Positions 60,655 to 64,000 of a stretch of DNA of 64,000 nucleotides are shown in pieces. Positions within the stretch are counted from its first letter, which is position 1; every line of letters begins with the position of its first letter. The notes under the pieces were generated by a model. The model did not search any database and was not told the DNA's origin. It was given only the letters and a program-made list of their open reading frames with translations. Origin of the DNA: Mobula hypostoma (lineage: Eukaryota); assembly GCF_963921235.1 (NCBI RefSeq), contig NC_086098.1:310001-374000 (forward strand), read 5' to 3'. The position numbers were made by a program, and so were the translations under genes.

Positions 60655-63600
60655 GTGGGAAGAAGAACAGCCAGAGGTCGTGCTACATATTGGTACCAAC
60701 GATGTAGATAGGAAAAGGGAAGATGTCCAGAAAACAGACTACGGGGAGATAGGAAAGAAGTTGAGAAGCAGGACCTCAAAGGTAGTAATCTCTGGATTAC
60801 AGCCTGTGCCACGCGACAGTGAGTATAGGAATAGAATGAGGTGGAGGATAAATGCGTGGCTGAGGGATTGGAGCAGGGGGCAGTGATTCAGATTTCTGGA
60901 TCATTGGGACCTCTTCTGGGGCAGGCGTGACCTGTATAAAAAGGATGGGTTGCACCTGAATCTGAGGGGGACTGAATATCTAGGTGGCGAGGTTTGCAAA
61001 GGCTATTGGAGAGAGCTTAAACTAGAATTGCTGGGGGGTGAGAGCCGAACTGAAGTGACGGAGGAAAGGAACGTTAGCTCACAAATAGAGAAAGTTTGGA
61101 GACAGTGCAAAAGGGAGGATAGGCAGGTGATAGAGAAGGGATGCGCTCAGACCGATGGTTTGAGATGTGTCTATTTTAATGCGAGGAGTATTACGAATAA
61201 AATAGATGAGCTCCGAGTGTGGATCAGCACTTGGAGCTATGGTGTTGTGGCCATTACAGAGTCTTGGATGGTGCAGGAGTAGGAATGGCTACATCAAGTC
61301 CCAGGCTTTAGATGTTTCAGAAAGGACAGGGAGGGAGGCAAAAGAGGTGGGGGTGTGGCACTGCTCAGCAGAGATAGTGTCACGGCTGCAGAAAAGGAGG
61401 AAGTCATGCAGGGGTTGGCTACGAAGTCTCTGTGGGTGGAAGTTAGGAATAGGAAGGGGTCAATAACTCTACTGGGTGTTTTTTTTAATAGATCACCCAA
61501 TAGTGACAGGGACATCGAGGAGCAGATAGGGAGTTGATTCTGGAAAGGAGTAATAATAGCAGGGTTGTTGTGGTGGGAGATTTTAATTTCCCAAATATTG
61601 ATTGGCATCTCCCTAGAGTGACGGGTTTAGATAGGGTGGAATTTGTTAGGTGTGTTCAGGAAGGTTTCTTGACATACAAAGTAATATGTAGATAAGCCTA
61701 CAAGAGGAGAGGCTGCACTTGACCTGATATTGGGAAATAAACCTGGTCATGTGTTGGGTCTCTCAGTGTGAGAGCATTTTGGAGATAGTGATCACAATTC
61801 TATCTCCTTTACCAAAGCATTGGAGAGGGATAGGAACAGACAAGTTAGGAAAGCATTTAATTGGAGTAAGGGGAAATATGAGGCTATCAGGCAGGAACTT
61901 TAAGCATAAATTGGAAACAGATGTTCTCAGGGAAACGTACAGAAGAAACGTGGCAAATGTTCAGGGGATATTTGCATGGGGGTCTGAGTAGGTACGTTCC
62001 AATGAGATGGTAGGCTACAAGATCCGTGGTGTATAAAGGCTATTGTAAATCTAGTCAAGAAGAAAAGACGAGCTTACGAAAGATTCAAAAAAATCTAGGT
62101 AATGATAGGGATCTAGAAGATTATGAGGCTAGCAGGAAGGAGCTTAAAAAATGAAATTAGGAGAGCCAGAAGGGGCTATGAGAAGGCCTTGGTGGACAGG
62201 ATTAAGGAAATCCCCAAGGCATTCTACAAGAAGAGCAAGAGGATAAGATGTGAGAGAATAGGACCAATCACGTGTGACAGTGGAAAAGTGCGTATGGAAC
62301 CGAAGGAGATAACAGAGGTACTTAATGAATACTTTGCTTCAGTATTCACTATGGAAAAGGATCCTGGCGATTGTAGGGATGACTTGCAGTGGACTGAAAA
62401 GCTTGAGCATGCAGATATTAAGAAAGAGGATGCGCTGGAGCTTTTTGAAAGCATCAAGTTAGATATGTCACCAGGACTGGACGGGATGTACCCCAGGCTA
62501 CTGTGGGAAGTGAGGGAGGAGACTGCTGAGCCTCTGGCGATGATCTTTGCATCATCAATGAGGACGAGAGAGGTTCCGGAGGATTGGAGGGTTACGGATG
62601 TTGTTCCCTTATTCAGGAAAGGGAGTAGGGATAGCCCAGGAAATTATAGGCCAGTGAATCTTACTTCAGTGGTTGGTAAGTTGATGGAGAAGATCCTGAG
62701 AGGCAGAATTTATGAACATTTGGAGAGGCATAATATGATTAGGAATAGTTAGCACGGCTTTGTCAAAGGCAGGTTGTGCCTTATGAGCCTGACTGAATTT
62801 ATTGAGAATGTGACTAAACATATTGATGAAGGAAGAGCAGTAGATGTAGTGTATATGGATTTTAACAAAGCATTTGATAAGGTACCTCATGTAAGGCTTA
62901 TTGAGAAAGTAAGGAGGCATGGGATCCAAGGGGACATTGCTTTGTGGATCCAGAACTGGCTTGCCCACAGAAGGCAAGTTGTGGTTGTAGGCGGGTCATA
63001 TTCTGCATGGAGGCCAGTGACCAGTGGTGTGCCTCAGTGATCTGTTCTGGGACCCCTACTCTTTGTGATTTTTATAAATGACCTGGATGAGGAAGTGGAG
63101 GGATGGGTTAGTAAATTTGCTGATGACACAAAGGTTGGAGGTGTTGTGGATAGTGTGGAGGGCTGTCAGAGGTTACAGCAGGACATTGATGGGATACAAA
63201 ACTGGGCTGAGAAGTGGCAGATGGAGTTCAAGCCAGATAAGTGTGAGATGGTTCATTTTGGTAGGTCAAGTATGATGGCAGAGTATAGCATTAATGGTAA
63301 GACTCTTGGCAGTGTGAAGGATCAGAGGGATCTTGGGGTCCGAGTCCATAGGACACTCAAGGCTGCTGCGCAGGTTGACTCTGTGGTTAAGAAGGCATAC
63401 AGTGTATTGACCTTCATCCATCATGGGATTGCGTTTCAGAGCCGATATAGGACTCTGGTCAGACTCCACTTGGAGTACTGTGCTCAGTTCTGGTTGCCTC
63501 ACTACAGGAAGGACGTGGAAACCATAGAAAGGGTGCAGGGGAGATTTACAAGGATGTTGCCTGGATTGGGGAGCATGCCTAATGAGAATAGGTTGAGTGA

Positions 63601-64000
63601 ACTCGGCCTTTTCCCCTCGGAGTGACGGAGGATGAGAGATGACCTGATAGAGATGTACAAGATAATGAGAGGCATTGATCATGTGGATAGTCATTAGGCT
63701 TTTCCCCAGGGTTAAAATGGCTAGCACGAGAAGGCATAGCTTTAAGGTGCTTGGAAGTAGGTACAGAGGACATGTCAGGGATAGGTTTTTTACGCAGAGA
63801 GTGGTGAGTGCGTGGAATGGTTGCCGGTGGCAGTGGTGGAGGTGGAAACAATAGGGTCTTTTAAGAGACTCCTGGATGGCTATATGGAGCTTAGAAAAAT
63901 AGAGGGCTATGGGTAACCCTGGGCTCTTCTAAGGTAGGGACATGTTCAGCACAGCTGTGTGGGCCACAGGACCTGTATTGTGCTGTAGGTTTTCTGTGTT
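60655..64000 (+). mobile_element. CR1 lineage A copy (A4): ORF1 esterase half, ORF2, 3'UTR; many stops and frameshifts
   Basis: HIGTND, YFNARSI, AITESW, MDFNKAFD and FADD; the tail begins at the window end. Confidence 0.92.

Noticed and set aside
1..64000. Prokaryotic RT systems (retron, DGR, group II intron)
   Set aside because: All RTs have eukaryotic non-LTR or PLE architecture with APE or GIY-YIG domains, microsatellite tails and TSDs.

Overview
This is eukaryotic DNA, most likely a cartilaginous fish (inferred from the CR1 load and HE1/V-SINE-like SINEs). I estimate about 90% of it is nested retroelements, and I cannot confidently call any host gene. It holds about 20 CR1-clade LINE copies in 7-8 lineages that I label A-H by ORF2 sequence and 3' tail. 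These are stacked up to five deep, and three large nests sit inside tiny host elements (two SINEs and one Penelope pLTR remnant). Also present: a near-full-length I/Nimb-type LINE with RNase H, three solo LTRs with target-site duplications (TSDs), Tc1 remnants, and a Neptune-type Penelope-like element (PLE). The most interesting signals are: (i) minimal hammerhead ribozyme motifs in PLE pseudo-LTRs, including a 133-bp stand-alone copy with an intact core and a 13-bp TSD; (ii) a PLE bounded by inverted, ribozyme-bearing pLTRs and a 14-bp TSD that encloses a tail-less Rex1 fragment; (iii) apparent swapping of 5'UTR/ORF1 modules between CR1 lineages; and (iv) an open ~740-codon ORF1 Zn-finger::RT fusion created by nested insertion. 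Family names come from reading motifs, not from database searches. Boundaries without a quoted TSD are approximate.
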